Source: Somniosus microcephalus (taxonomy: Eukaryota). Taken from it: a stretch of DNA of 64,000 bases. Shown piece after piece: positions 42,401-55,810 of the stretch. Under the pieces are notes generated by a model. It did no database searches. It saw only the letters and a list, made by a program, of their open reading frames with translations, and was not told the DNA's origin. Numbering within the stretch: position 1 is the stretch's first letter; each line of letters starts with the position of its first letter. The stretch covers positions 61,752,001-61,816,000 of the forward strand of contig CM126209.1 in the NCBI GenBank assembly GCA_052327205.1. The letters are read 5' to 3'. The translations under genes were made by a program, and so were the position numbers.

Positions 42401-43879
42401 AAAGGTCATTGGTGACTGGCAAATTGCAAAAAATAACCATAATGCAGAAGGTGGTGCTCTTCAGAGCTATGGGTTAAGACACTGTTGGACAGTGTAGAGG
42501 GTGCTTTGCTCATGCTCCAAGACCTGAACTGGGCATGCTCGATCTCAACATTGGAGATTCCCCAGCACCAGTATCACCTACTTTATAAGTACACAAGGTT
42601 GCTTTTTCCCCCCCGAGTCTCTTGCACAATGCAGCTCTCCCTACAGAGGGGAAAAGGTTGGAGACTGGTTCCCAGATCACCACCAATGACATACTCCATA
42701 TATGGCATGCAAAAGCAACCATGGGCGATGGTATTTTTCCTCTGTGGGGTGGGGGGAAAGCAGGAAAGAGTACCACCTAATTTCTGCATGGTGTCATCCA
42801 AGGGAAACCCAGCCACAAATGAGAATTTTTATAGGTAATTACAGATGGCAACATACCCTACCACTGAAATGTTGCAGTATGAGTTCCTGCCAGTATGCAG
42901 GACAAATACCCTTTGCCATGCCTGTATGTAACACATACAAGGAGAGAAAAATATGTTTTCACATAGAAAGTACCAGTCAGGTTCAGTGTATAAACAAACC
43001 AGATCAGAATACTTGCAATTTAGCTTCGCCACTCCTACCCCACCCAAAGCTTCTCCACTTTTCTAAAATGCTGACTCATTACTGAAGTATGGTGCCTTTG
43101 CATTGGGCACCCCTCCAGTATCTTGCCCAACTGGTCATTCTTCATGTGTGAATCTAGCAAATACTGGAAGAATATTAAACTGTGGAGGTACCATAGCTGA
43201 GCTTGACCCCTGCTTAATGAGATATCCATACAGTACAATTAGTAGTGGGGGAAATCACTGGATAGCAATCAGGAGCAGGTACCCTGCCTGATTTTTACCT
43301 CCCTTGGAGGCCAAGTGGAACACCTTCAATTGCTGTCCTCCCCAAGATCAGCTAACACAGCAGACCAGAAATGTCACCTACCACCTTCTGATCTCTACAG
43401 CTTTTCAGAGTGTACCAAATGGTGCCTTTATCACACCACACACACCACACACACACACACTTTTTGTTCCATACATGAACATTCAATCCAGAAATAAAGC
43501 CTGCCGCTCAGGTCACTCATTGAGATCTCGCAATTTTTTTGGACAGCCTTCCATTCTTAACCTAGAGCAGATAGTTTGCAATTCTTTCAGCGACTCTCCA
43601 GCCTTTGTTCCAGCTTCATTACATGGTACAAATGAGCCTTCACCAAATTTTTTCCCCTTCTGCTCATCACAATGAACTGAAAGCTATAATCAGCTCAGTT
43701 TGCACATGTCAGAGCGTGATCATTATACCAGACAGGAGTTACATCTACAAATATGTAGCATATATTTTGTAATTCAAGGCTTTTCCCCCAACTTGACATA
43801 AATCTGTGCAAGCATTTGAAGTGGAACTACAGTGGTGATACAGCACACTGGCGAGTCAGCGTGCAATACCAATGGTAAC

Positions 43880-44020
43880 ATAAAACAAAAGTAAAGATCC
43901 TGCAGATGTTGGGAATCTGAAATAAACAGAAAATGTTGGAAACACTCAGCAGGTCAGGCAGCATCTGTGGAGAGAGAAACAGAGCCAACGTTTCAGGTCG
44001 ATGAACTTTCATCAGAACGA
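43880..44020 (-). mobile_element. Penelope-like terminal repeat fragment with a degenerate hammerhead motif
   Basis: Minus strand CTGATGA aagttcatcgacct GAAACGTT...CTCTCTCCACAGATGCTGCCTGACCTGCTGAG. Confidence 0.6.
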
Positions 44021-46661
44021 TGACATCCTGATCTCCACTTTGCTGCCAAAAACAAGCAGCAGCTAGAAATACAAAGACCTTTCCCCCACCTTATCAAACA
44101 GACAGGAAGGACACTGGAGAGCATTACTCTGGGCTGCGCACTCACATTTTTAGAACAGCTGGCTCTGCAGAATACAGAAAATAGAGTTTTGCAGATTCAG
44201 ATACGAGAGAGAAAAACTGAGATTTGAATTATTTTTCTAACTCCAACTTTAAATGTAAAATAACATTTTACGCCTGGAAATAACTGAACAATGTTATTGT
44301 ACAAACTTTTAACTGGCTCATAACAAATTCCTTTCTTTGCTATTCCAATGGGGCATTAACTCTATCATGTGCAATATAATTAAACTGACAAGGAGGTTAA
44401 ATCCTTGGTTAAAAAGCAGAGAAGAATTTGATTAGAATACATTGGCGTTTGAGCAACACTAATATCACTGCATTTATACAATGAGGGGTGTTGAATGTGA
44501 AATTTACAAAATGAATCACAGTTCACTACACTGCAGATGAACCAAGTTCATTTAATTTAAAAGATTCACTCCACCTGCCTGAACAGGCAGATAGAACATG
44601 ATATTTTATCAAATCTTTCTAATTTGGACAGTTAAACTTTGCAACCACACAGATTCTGCACACTTGCTACCTATGGATATGAACAGACATTGACAAATTG
44701 TCAAGCCTTGCATTCCCATGCTGGTCACAGAGTGCTGCTGTTTGTGTAGGTTTAGAAGCATCAGTAACTTAATATTTCCAAAGTTATTACATCCTGTACC
44801 AGATGACTGTTCCTTGTGTTCGGGAATAAATTCTAGCCTAGTTAATGGGTATATTTTTCCGATGCACACAAACTGCAACTGAAGTCACTGCTGTCCAACA
44901 TCCATCATGAGCATGCTGCTGTCAAAAGTTTTAAAGACCATATGTCACCTGGAATTTCTGGGTTGCAAGTCAGAATCTCCAGTTTCAAAAGTTGCATCAA
45001 CAAATTCATTCACAATGGAATTTTCTTTCTTTTAAAGCAAAAGTTTAAATGCAATTCCAGGCAGTATAAAAAACAAGGTACCCAACATGAAGTTTAAATG
45101 TATACCAAGATTCAGACTTGGACCATTACCAAGATATTCCATGATCGGTGAGCAATGCCACCATCTAACGCTAACCCATGAAAACACCTGTAAGTTTGTC
45201 TAAAGCGCAAGCATTTTTAACATTGATAAGTCATGATAATGTAGCTAAAAGGTTCATTTAATAGTTTTTAAATAATGTATTACATCAAATTAAACCATTT
45301 CTCTAGCGGCAAGTTTGACATTTAAGAACTGTAAATTTGCAGATAAAAATAAAGCACTAGTGCTTGCAGTTACTACACAATTGTTTCTTAATAAATAAGT
45401 CAACATTTCTGAATGAAGAAAAGGGACTATGGTACTGACAAGATGCAAGTGTTCCTGTGGCGTAATAAATAGCTGCGTGTGTTACGGCCATCATCCACAA
45501 CAAGACACCAGAGGTACCATTAGCACCCTTAAGTGTTATATAAATCAAATAGGTGCATAAAAAGCTGTCTGGGGCATTCTCCATGGCATGCAAACCACAT
45601 GAAGATCCCATCTGCTCGGCTAACACTACCCGAGTTGAAGGCTTTGGCTACCATGTAAGAAGAAGATTAAACCTACATCCATCAAGATGAAAGATAATTA
45701 TTGCCTTTGTCAGACACCACCTGTTTCTGCAGCATTCTTGAACTCAAAGGACATGCTGAAACTTTCCTCTGAAGTTCACGTTTGACAGTTGCTCCAGGCA
45801 TTTCTGTTCATACCTATACTGTAGCCTCCTCTTGCACTCCAGCATCTTGCAGGCTTAATATACATACTGTACAGGATAGCTGATCAGCTACATTTCCAAT
45901 GGCAACACAATCAAATGTGTGATGGTGCCTCTTAAAAAAAATAAAATCTTAAATCACGTACTAAATCCTCTCTTAGGAATGAGCCTATAAAAGTCAAAAG
46001 AACATTTTCTTTTCTTTCTACATGTACTAGTCAATACCCTAGGTAAGGACAAGCCTTTCCTTCATGATTACATTTTTGGAAATACAACATCGAAATTTAG
46101 ACCGCTCTTTTAATTGGGCAGTTTTTGCAGTCAGGTTAAGTATCAACATTGCAGAGATATGGAATGGTTTTCCCAATTTCTTGGTCTAGTGTCAGCACTA
46201 AACACTGCAAGATTGGATACAATTTCAGCCAGAAGTAAAATATCCCAACACTGACTTACCAGTGTACTGTAAACTAACCCCAGAATGCAATAATCCCAAC
46301 CCCAAAATAACACTCCCGACTGCACCAATGTGATTTTTTCTATTTCCATGACCAGCGATCTTTACAGCCTCTAAGGGAGACCGAATTTAGGTTATGGATC
46401 TGTGTTCACTAGAAATTAAGCTTGCAATTGTCCAAAAGTTTGAATGCGACAGAGATTTCATCCCATCGGTTTTGGCTAGATTCAAAATTCAGACAATAAG
46501 TAGACAGAACAAGTTCTCTTAAATACTTAAAAAGCAGAATACTAATTTGGTTCACATTATGATAACGAGACCAAAAAAAAATTCTAAGACAGTATTTTTG
46601 GAAACATCACTTGGAAAATGATTAATGTCCACTTGGGCAGGGTGGCAGCACCTATTGGAAT

Positions 46662-48050
46662 CATCACCTTCTTCGGCAGTCCCTTGGAACCGAGGATGAC
46701 TTGCTGCCACATTAAAAAGGAGTTCTCAGGTGACTGATGAGTCCAATGCGGGACCTACAGTCTGTCACAGGTGGAGCAGACGGTGGTTGAAGGGGCGGGT
46801 GGGTGGGGCGCTTCGGTTGACGTGCACTCCTTGCGCTGCCTGCGCTTGGCTTCCGCTTGCTCCCGGCGAAGAGACGAGGTGTTCGGCACCTTCCCGGATG
46901 CTTCACCTCCACTTTGTGCGGTCTTGGGCCAGGGATTCCCAGGTGTCAGTGCAGATGTTACACGTTTTCAAGGAGGCCTTGAGGATGTCCTTGAAGCGTT
47001 TCCTCGGCCCACCTGGGCTCTCTTGTTGTGCCGGAGCTCAGAGTAGAGCGCTTGTTTTGGAAGTCTCGTATCGGGCATGCGGACAATGTGACCCGTCCAT
47101 CGGAGCTGATTGACTCAGAGCTTCGATGCTGGGGATGTTGGCCTGAGCAAGAACACTGACGTTTGTGCACCTATCCTGCCAATGGATTTGCAGGATCTTG
47201 CAGAGGCAGCATTGGTGGTACCTCTCCAGTGCTTTGAGGTGCCTGCTGTACATGATCCATGTCTGTGAGGCATACAGCAGGGCAGGTATCACTGCTGCCC
47301 TATAGACCATGAGCTTAGTGCCAGGTTTGAAGTCCTGGTCTTCAAACACACTCTTCCTCAGGCGACCGAAGGCTGCACTGGCACACTGAAGGCGGTGTTG
47401 GACTTAGTCGTTGACGTCTGCCCTTGTTGACAGTAGGCTCCCGAGGTATGGAAAGTGGTCCATGTTGTCCAAGGCCTTGTCGTGGATTTTGATAATCGGG
47501 GGGGGCAGCACTGTGTGGCAGGGGCAGGTTGGTAGAGGACCTTTGTCTTACGGATGTTTAGTGCAAGGCCTATGCTCTCGTATGCTTCGGTGAAGGTGTT
47601 TACGATGGTTTGGAGTTTGACCTCAGTGAGCGCAGACGCAAGCGTCGTCTGCATACTGTAATTCGATGAGACGACCTTGGATCTGGACTGGAGGTGACGG
47701 AGGTTGAACAGTTTCCCGTTTGTTCTGTAAATTAGCTCCACTCCAGTGGGGAGCTTATGGAGGGTGAGGTGGAGCATTGCAGCAAGGAAGATTGAGAAGA
47801 GCGTTGGTGCGATGACACAGTCTTGCTTGACCCCGGTTCGTACGTGAATTGGGTCTGTGGTGGAACTGTTGGTCAGGATCACGGCTTGCATGTCGTCGCG
47901 AAGCAGGCAGAGGATAGTGACAAACTTTTGAGGGCAGCCGAATTTGAGGAGGACACTCCACAATCCCTCACGGTTGACAGTGTCGAAGGCCTTTGAGATT
48001 AAAGGCAGCCATGTACAGTGGTTGGTGCTGTTCCCTGCATTTCTCTTGGA
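46662..48050 (-). mobile_element. RTE (BovB-like) LINE, 3' half
   Basis: WSVLLKFGCPQKFV...TGVKQDCVIAPTLFSIF...GLALNIRKTKV, TKLMVYRAAVIPALLY, CRSRIGLISHLRT, (GAT)n-like tail. Confidence 0.88.
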
Positions 48051-48064
48051 ACAATAAAATGATA

Positions 48065-50940
48065 AAGAACAAAAAGGAGGCTATTCAGCCCATCATGCCT
48101 GTGCTGGCTCTTTGGTAGAGCTATCCAATTAGTCCCACTCCCCTGCTTTTCCCCATAGCCCTGCAATTTCCCCTCCCCCCAAAGTATTTATCCAATTCCC
48201 TTTTGAAAGTGACTATTGAATCTGCTTCCACCATTCTTTTAGGCAGTGCATTCCAGATCACAACAACTCCCTGTGTAAAAAAATGTTGCCTCAGGTCACT
48301 TCTGGTTCTTTTGCCAATCACTTTAAATTCATGCCCTCTGGTTCCTGACCCTTTTGCCACTGGAAACTGTTTCTCCTTATTTACTCTATCAAAGCCACTC
48401 ATGATTTTGTGCATCTATCAAATCTCCTCTTAACCTTCTCTGCTTCAAGGTAAACAACCCCAGCTTCTCCAATCTCTCCACATAACTGTAGTCCCTCATC
48501 CCTGGTACCTCGCCAAGGCCCTGACAACCTTCCTAAAAAGTGTAGCGGCCAGAATTTAACAATACTCCAGCTGAGGCCTAACCAGTGTTTTATAAAGTTT
48601 TAGCATAACTTCCTTGCTTTTGTACTCTATTCCTCTATTAATGAAGCCAAGGATCTCGTATGGTTTTTAACAGCCTTCTCAACTTGTCCTGCTACCTTCA
48701 AAGATCTGTGTACATACACCCCCAGGTCTGTGTTCCTGCACCCCCTTTAAAATTGTATCATTTAGTTTATATTGCCTCTCATTCCTCCTATCAAAATGTA
48801 TCACTTCATACTTCTGTTAAATTTCATCTGCCATATGTCTGCTCATTTCAAACACTATTTGCCTTTAATAAATCAGTGCTGTCTTTCATTTATTAGCCCA
48901 TACTTCTCCAAATGGCAATTCCTTTTGTCCCGGATTGTTGACTCAAAAGGCTGCAATTTTCCTTACCTTGGCAGGCGATGTCGGTGGCAGGTCCTGACCC
49001 CGCTGCTGGCTCCAGCCCGCTCTGTAGAAGGAATTTCGCCCGCCCAGCACATTTCCCGGTCCAACTGAAGGAAGTGGGGCGGAGGAAGTCATTTGATGGC
49101 ACGTTACCAGCCGGTTTCCTTAAAGGGACCATGCACAAATTTACTTTGACATTTGCGCAGTGTGCTAAAGCATTGAGGTGCATGGCTGCACCCAGGCTCT
49201 TCCATGACTCCCTCCATATGCTTCGAGGTTCTCTTCCCTTCCCATGGGTGGAAGACACCTCCCCAGGAGACCAATGCAGCCTGGTTGCACAGGAGGACAC
49301 AAGCAGGGATGTGGTCAGGAGGACCAGATTGCATTGGCGCAAACCTTTCAATGATCTCAGTAGATCACAAAACGTTACTGCAAAGCCACACTCAACTTCA
49401 TCCTACTGTGTCACTCATCACATCCCCATCACTCTGCCTTCCCTACCCTACTCCTGCACATCCTACTCTCACCAACTTACCTTGCACCTCCACCCTCCCT
49501 CTCTAGCTACATCATCACTTCTCCATCTCACTAGCTACCCCTCACACTCGCCCTCATCCTAGTCCAATCATACCAACTAACACACAAGGGTAGGCACTTG
49601 TGTGTTTTAGCCAATGTTCATGTGAAGTTTGTTAATGTGCTGTCAAACATGGAAATCTTTATTTTCAACACTTTGCATTCTTGGACAGATTTGTGTGCAC
49701 CTTTGGAAGTGGCTTAGTGAGTTGCAATGAATGGCGAGACAATGGTACCCCCCACAATGGTGATGAGTGTGAAAGGAATGGCTTGGGTATTGTAGGGATA
49801 CTTTTTTGTTGGTGTGGGGTGGTGCCAACCTGTAGTATCATGTGGCAACCAGGGTGTTCAGCACCAAGTAAATGTAGCCATGGTGAGGCCATCCCTGGCA
49901 GCAATGTGGTCGGGTGCTGATGCCCTCGGTCCTGTGCAGCATCAGGTGATTGCGGAAAAAGTTGGCGTGGTTGTTGGTGCTGCTGGTGACGTGGCTGATT
50001 GTTGTCAGATTCTGAGGGCGAAGGTGAGAAAGTATAAACCCTACCCATGCCGACGGAATAGATGGCTGGTGAACTTGAGATGACAGGAGCAACGTCAGTG
50101 GTGAGAGGTTGTTCCCATGAGGTGACACTGGATAGAGAGTTTGCTCCAAACACTTGCAACCTGCATAAAGCTTAAATCAGTCTTCCAAATGCAGAAAGCA
50201 ACAGCTTCTGAGCTTGGAAAATAAACAGAGAGAGGGGAGCTTTTATAGTACATTTCAAGCTGTCAAGTAATGAGCAGATTCCATGGCCATTCAACTCCCG
50301 CCCAGCTTAACAGACATGATCCCCGAGCAGCGTGGACCCCATTGGCGAGCTGGTAAATTCTAAAGGGGAGCTCAAAATTGTTGTTAATCCTCTGTTAACA
50401 AGGTCATAATGACTCGAATTGCCTCCCTCGCTGCTGCGTGCCTGATCTGCTCAGTGCAGGCAGACCTGATATTTGGAAAAGGCGCGTGGTGGCGGGTTCC
50501 CAACCCGCTGTCAAAGAAAAACACTTTCCTACTCGACCACCGATCGCGCCGGAAAATTCCCCCCAAAGTTTCCCCACCAGACGTTAGGCTGACTGGCATT
50601 AGTTGCCGGGTTTAATCCCTCTCCCCTTTTTTCTTTTTAAAAACAGGGGTGTAACATTTGCAATCCTCCAGTCCTCTGGCACCACCCCCATATCTCAAAA
50701 GGAGTCAGTCATTATGGCACAGAAGGAGGCCATTCGGCCCATCCCGGCTCTCTGTAGAGCAATCCAGTCAGTCCCATTCCCCCGCTCTATCCCCTCTAGC
50801 CCTGCAAGTTTATTTCCCCTCAAGTGCCTATCCAATTTGGAATATTGTGGCCAAAGCCTCTGCAATTCAACCCTTACTTTCCCCAGTAATCTAGGACGAT
50901 GCATCCAATCCGGAGTGGGTGACTTTTCTACCCCAACGAG
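48065..50940 (-). mobile_element. CR1 LINE fragments (48065-48948 and 50565-50940) interrupted by a Harbinger element
   Basis: TRGHEFKVIGKRTRSDLRQHFFTQGVVVIWNALP; host reads ...GACTCAAA|GTTTCCCCACC... across the insertion. Confidence 0.75.
48949..50564. mobile_element. PIF/Harbinger-derived DNA transposon, internally deleted
   Basis: Imperfect TIRs GGCTGCAATTTTCC / GGAAAATTCCCCCC, 3-bp AAA on both flanks, decayed Myb/SANT-like ORF (APRLF...VAQED...RTRLHWRKPFNDL). Confidence 0.7.
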
Positions 50941-51729
50941 CAGTTAATGGTTTCATGAGAGGAAAGGAAAACATTTTTAAAAGCTTTATCTTTAAGAATG
51001 CTATATTTGATAAATGCTACACTAATCTCTGCCATAGTTGAAACCAGCTACAAAGACTGTTGGGTTTCCCTGTGTAGTGTTTGGTTGTCAGTAGATGACT
51101 GTAGGTATGAACATATTTTGTATTATTACACCCCAAGAAAAGCAAGTGTCTTTCCAATTCCAGTCCCGAGCAGCAAAGGGGTGTTTTTAGAACTGCCCAC
51201 TACACAGCAGACCCATTCTCTACATTACAACAGTGGCTAGACTTCAAAAGTACTTCATTGGCTGTGAAGTGTTGAGACTGGGGTCATGAAAAGTGGCAAA
51301 TAAAAGTTCTTTCTTCTTTGGCGTATTAAGTAAACTTCTTGCTCATAAACTAGTCTCTTTTACTCGCTATCTTCTAAATTAGAACAAAAAAAAGACAAAG
51401 GTTAGTCACCTCAACATGGTCCCCTTGACCAAGAGGGCAGGGGACAAAAATTGGATTCCTGCATTTCTGATGCCCATGGATCCCTGGTTGGTTGCTGTGT
51501 GCCAAGAATGCAGTCAATGTTAATTTACACCACCCCCCCCCCCCCCCCCACACACCGGATCAAACATTCCAAAGCTTTGGATAATCCAGGTCATGCCATT
51601 TGTTGGCTGTAGTATCAGTTAAGTGACAAAAAAAAAAATCATACAAACTTAACCATGTACAGTTTGCCACCAGAGACCAAGTGAAGTAAAATTATTTTCA
51701 CAATCTTTAAAAAAAACCCTAAACTGCTT

Positions 51730-51910
51730 TGAGTAAATGCACTACCCAGTGTAGTACCAAGTGGCCAGAGCACACGGATCTCAGCAGAGGCAGGAGCAGG
51801 GGATGCTATAACTGACCTCGGTGTCCCCAGGCTAGGGAAAGGAGCAAAGAAAGAGAGAAACAAGCAGATTAGGTTCCCACTCCTGATCACCCTCCAGTGA
51901 CCTCTACTAA
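51730..51910 (+). mobile_element. Old tRNA-derived SINE fragment; related copies at about 11570-11715, 20155-20310 and 60050-60250
   Basis: Shared motifs CTACAATTG.CCTC.GTG.CCC.GG and CCCACTCCTGATC among dispersed copies. Confidence 0.5.
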
Positions 51911-53554
51911 AACAGTACAAGTATGTGAATGTTGATTTAAGGCATGTCTCCACTTCAATGCACTCCATGGTTGAATAGAACGCCAACATTCACCATCTAT
52001 CCTCACAGATAATGGCCACATGAGTGAGGTATTGGAAGGCTGCCAGTGTTGGTGGAACCATACTTCAGCATCAGTCATTGCCTTTTTGGGGGGGGGGGGG
52101 GGGGGGGGGTTGGGGGTGTGAAGGGAGGAGGAAAAATGCAAAAGAAAAGAAAACAGGAGGAACGATTGCCTCTGGACTACTAGATGATGCAATTGTTATT
52201 TAAAAAAAGGGAAAACACTGAAAATAGCAAACAAATTGTTTAGAGTTGACTCACTGGATGGCAGTCATTTTATCCACAACGGTTTAACACAGCCATTTTC
52301 CAACCACTACTGTGGAGTACAACAGGATGAATTTACCATCAAAATACTAGTTTGACGTAGGGCATAAAACAGCTAAGTGCAATACAGAACTCCGAGTACC
52401 AAGCTGCCTGTTCTTTTACACTCCTGATTGGGTCACTTGCACAAGGTGTTAGATTGACAGCATAGCAACTTTACATCAATTCCAACATAACAGAAGGAGC
52501 CAATACATTGGCTCACAATCCATCGACATGGTTGCTGTTATATTACTGCGGAGTTCATATCCTTGAGCTGACAATCACACCACAAAGTAACTAGTACAAG
52601 CTCGGCATTACTGGCTACACACAGAACACACCAATTGTTCAGATTTATGGATTGGCATGAGGTAGGTTTTATCTGATCACATACTGCTTGCATACGAGGT
52701 GTTCTGCTTTTGAGGGCTGGAGGTTGCATGGAAAGCATAACCTGGTTGGCACTTGAGGCACATCCAGCATATTGACCTGAGCAGCTGGGAGTGCATAAAA
52801 GCTCCATTACCAAGCTACTTCTCAATGAATTTCAAAGAGAGCCCATCTACTGTATCTCATGACAGGAGTGTTTTCCTGGACATTAATAAACACACAAGAG
52901 ATGCACATTACATGAGTGACAGTGACTGAATTTAATCCAAGCAGTGGCTGAGGACACTATTCTAAAACCACAGCGAGCAAATCAAGCAGAATATAAAAGC
53001 ACAATGGATTCATTATTGCTGTGCTATCTGAACTTCTAGAATTACATTAGGTTTCTTAAATTCTTTGTTGTAACATTTTGTTGTAGTGACTAATTGCATA
53101 TAGATGTGCCTTTTATGAGCTCAAGTGTTGAATAACTTCAGTTTTGTAGGATGCACTGAACCAGATGCATGTTATCAGTTCAGCACTAAATTGCTTTTGG
53201 AAAATAAATTTATAACTTCAGTTGACAAAGGGTGGCAATACATTCAGAGACCAACAATATACTTCAGCTGCACTCTTCTAGGTCATAGAAATTACTTTTC
53301 TCTTGCAGTTGCACATGCCTGGCAGAACACCAGTGCATGCAACGGACATTTTCCTACAGTGCAGAGTGGACCATTCAAGACAGGCCAGTTTCAAACAAGA
53401 ACACAACCATACCTACCTTAGCAACAGCAAGGTGCAGCCAGAAATATTTGCAAGAGGACAGCTCTCTCACAAACCTGACCCTAGCAGTTACTGAGAGCAG
53501 AGTCTGACATGGAGACATGGTTACAGGGTGGGCTGAATTATTAAGAGTCAGAAT

Positions 53555-53755
53555 CATACAGCACAGAAAGAGGCCCTTTGGCCCATCGTGTCTGTGCTGG
53601 CCATCAAGCCCTATCTATTCTAATCCCATAGCCTTGTATGCTATGGCGTTTCAAGTGCTCATCTAAATGCTTCTTGAATGTCGTGAGTGTTCCTGCCTCT
53701 ACCACCCTTTCAGGCAGCGAGTTCCAGATTCCAAGCACACTCTGGGTGAAAAAGT
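53555..53755 (-). mobile_element. CR1 LINE 3' fragment
   Basis: Reverse complement encodes FFTQSVLGIWNSLPERVVEAG plus a CR1-type tail. Confidence 0.75.
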
Positions 53756-54519
53756 TTAGTGGAAGGCTTGAAGATTAGCAAGTTATGCAGCCAATGTAGA
53801 ACGAAAACACACACACACTTTTCCATTTACTTTGTTTATCCACTAAGTAGATAGATAATAAATTTGTTCCTTCAGACACCATACATCAATAAATCTGTCA
53901 CCATTTGGAGCAGTTCTTTACCTTTACTGGCCATCTGTTTATGGTGCAGGGTTTAGAGTGAATATAGAAATTGACAAATTCAATTAATTTTCATCTTTTG
54001 TCTTATTTACCAAAGATCTCCACAACAATCCCTGCCAATAGCAAAAAAACCTTCCATGTTTAAAATCAGGACTTTTAGACTGTCCACCCAAACTTGAATA
54101 ATCCTTCCAGATACTGTCCTTGTGGAATTTGCTTGGTATATGACTGATTATAATAAACTAAGGCAGCTACTGCAACCATATGTGTACATTACAGAATGTA
54201 AAGACCTGCTACCATGCTGGCCAGTTTTCTCCGCTGCTGTATCTGGAATTAGCGGTTACTACACTTGCCGGCTATTTGCAAGAGTTAAGCTACCATATGA
54301 CAACTTTTGCTTTCAAATTAACTTCAGAAAATGCTGGACTTCACACTTTATATAGTGTTCTGATTTTGGATACAAAAAATTCCAGTTATTTCTGAAAAAT
54401 GGTTTCCTAGTCAGTTATTTTCCGGTGGTGTGGCAGGCTTACCAAGCACAAGTGCTGGAATGCTCGGTGAATGGCCAGTCTTGCTATCAATCAAAACATT
54501 CTAGAGTCTTATGCAGAGG

Positions 54520-55810
54520 TACATGCTGGCATCTACCAAACAATATGGAAAATTGTTCTGATATGTCCTGTCCAGAAAAAGCAGGACAAGCACCCCATCA
54601 GTAAATTGATGGAAGTCATTAACAGTGCTATCAAGCAATACTTAATCAATAACCTGCTCACCGATGCTCAGTTTGGGTTCAGTCAGGACCACTCGGCTCC
54701 AGATTTCATCCAAACATGGACAAAAGAGCTGAATTCCACAGGTGAGGAGAGTGACTACCCTCGACATCAAGGTAGCATTTGACTGTGTGGCACCAAGAAG
54801 CCCTAGTAAAACTGAAGTCAATGGGGACCAAATGGAAAACCAATGGCTGGGGTCATAACTAGCACAAAGGAAGATGGTTGTGATTGTTGAAGGCCAATCA
54901 TCTTGGTCCTAGGACATAGTCTAAAAATTAGAGCCAAACCTTTCGAGTGAAATTAGGAAACACTTCTACACACAAAAGGGTGGCAGAAGTTTGGAACACT
55001 TCCACAAATGGTAATTGATGCTAGACCAATTGTTAATTTTAAATCGAAGATTGATATCCCTTTGTACCTTTTTGGTTAACAAAGTTATGAGCCAAAGGCA
55101 GGGATATGGAGTTAGGTCACAGATCAGCCATGATCTCATTGAATGGCAGAACAAGCTCAAGGGGCTGAATGGCCTACTCCTGTGCCTATGGAGGTATTTA
55201 AGATAATTAAAGGTTTTGATAGGGTAGGGTAGATGGAAAGAAACTATTTCCTCTTGTGGGGCAATCCAGAACAAGGTGGGGTAGTCTTAAAATTAGAGCT
55301 AGGCTGTTCAGGGATGATGTCAGGAAGCACTTCACATAAAAGGGTCGTGGAAATCTGGCACTCTGCCACAAAAATGTGTTGCAGCTAGGGCAATTGAAAA
55401 TTTCAAAATGGAGATTGATAGATTTGAGTTAGCTAAGGGTATTAAGGGTTAGTTAAAAGAACCAAGGCAGGTAGATGGAGTTAAGATACAGATCAGCCAT
55501 GATCTAATTGAATGGCAGAACAGGCTCAAGGGGCTGAATGGCCTACTCCTGTGCCTATGTACAAGTGCCAGGCAATGATCTCCAATGAGAGAGCGAGAGT
55601 CCAAACACCTCCCCATGACATTCAATGGTATTACCATCAGAGCCCTCACCATTTACCAGACATTCAACTGCCAAATAAGGGGAAGGGGGGGGGGGGGGGA
55701 CTATTAGAGTACGTCAGAGGCAGTGGTACAACCACCACCAGAGGGCAACGAGGGATAGACAATAAGTGCTGCCCGTGCCAGCGAAACCCACATCCCGAGA
55801 ATGAATTTTT
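54520..55810 (+). mobile_element. Degraded Crack/L2-like LINE interrupted by two tandem CR1 3' fragments (about 54915-55190 and 55190-55560)
   Basis: AGIYQTIWKIVLICPVQKKQDK...LLTDAQFGFSQDHSA matches the element at 27405-27935; CAGATCAGCCATGATCT.ATTGAATGGCAGAACA.GCTCAAGGGGCTGAATGGCCTACTCCTGTGCCTATG occurs twice. Confidence 0.8.

Noticed and set aside
51121-51147. YYYTPRKAS resembling MYOF ITPRKAK
   Set aside because: Wrong strand, no splice context; chance match.
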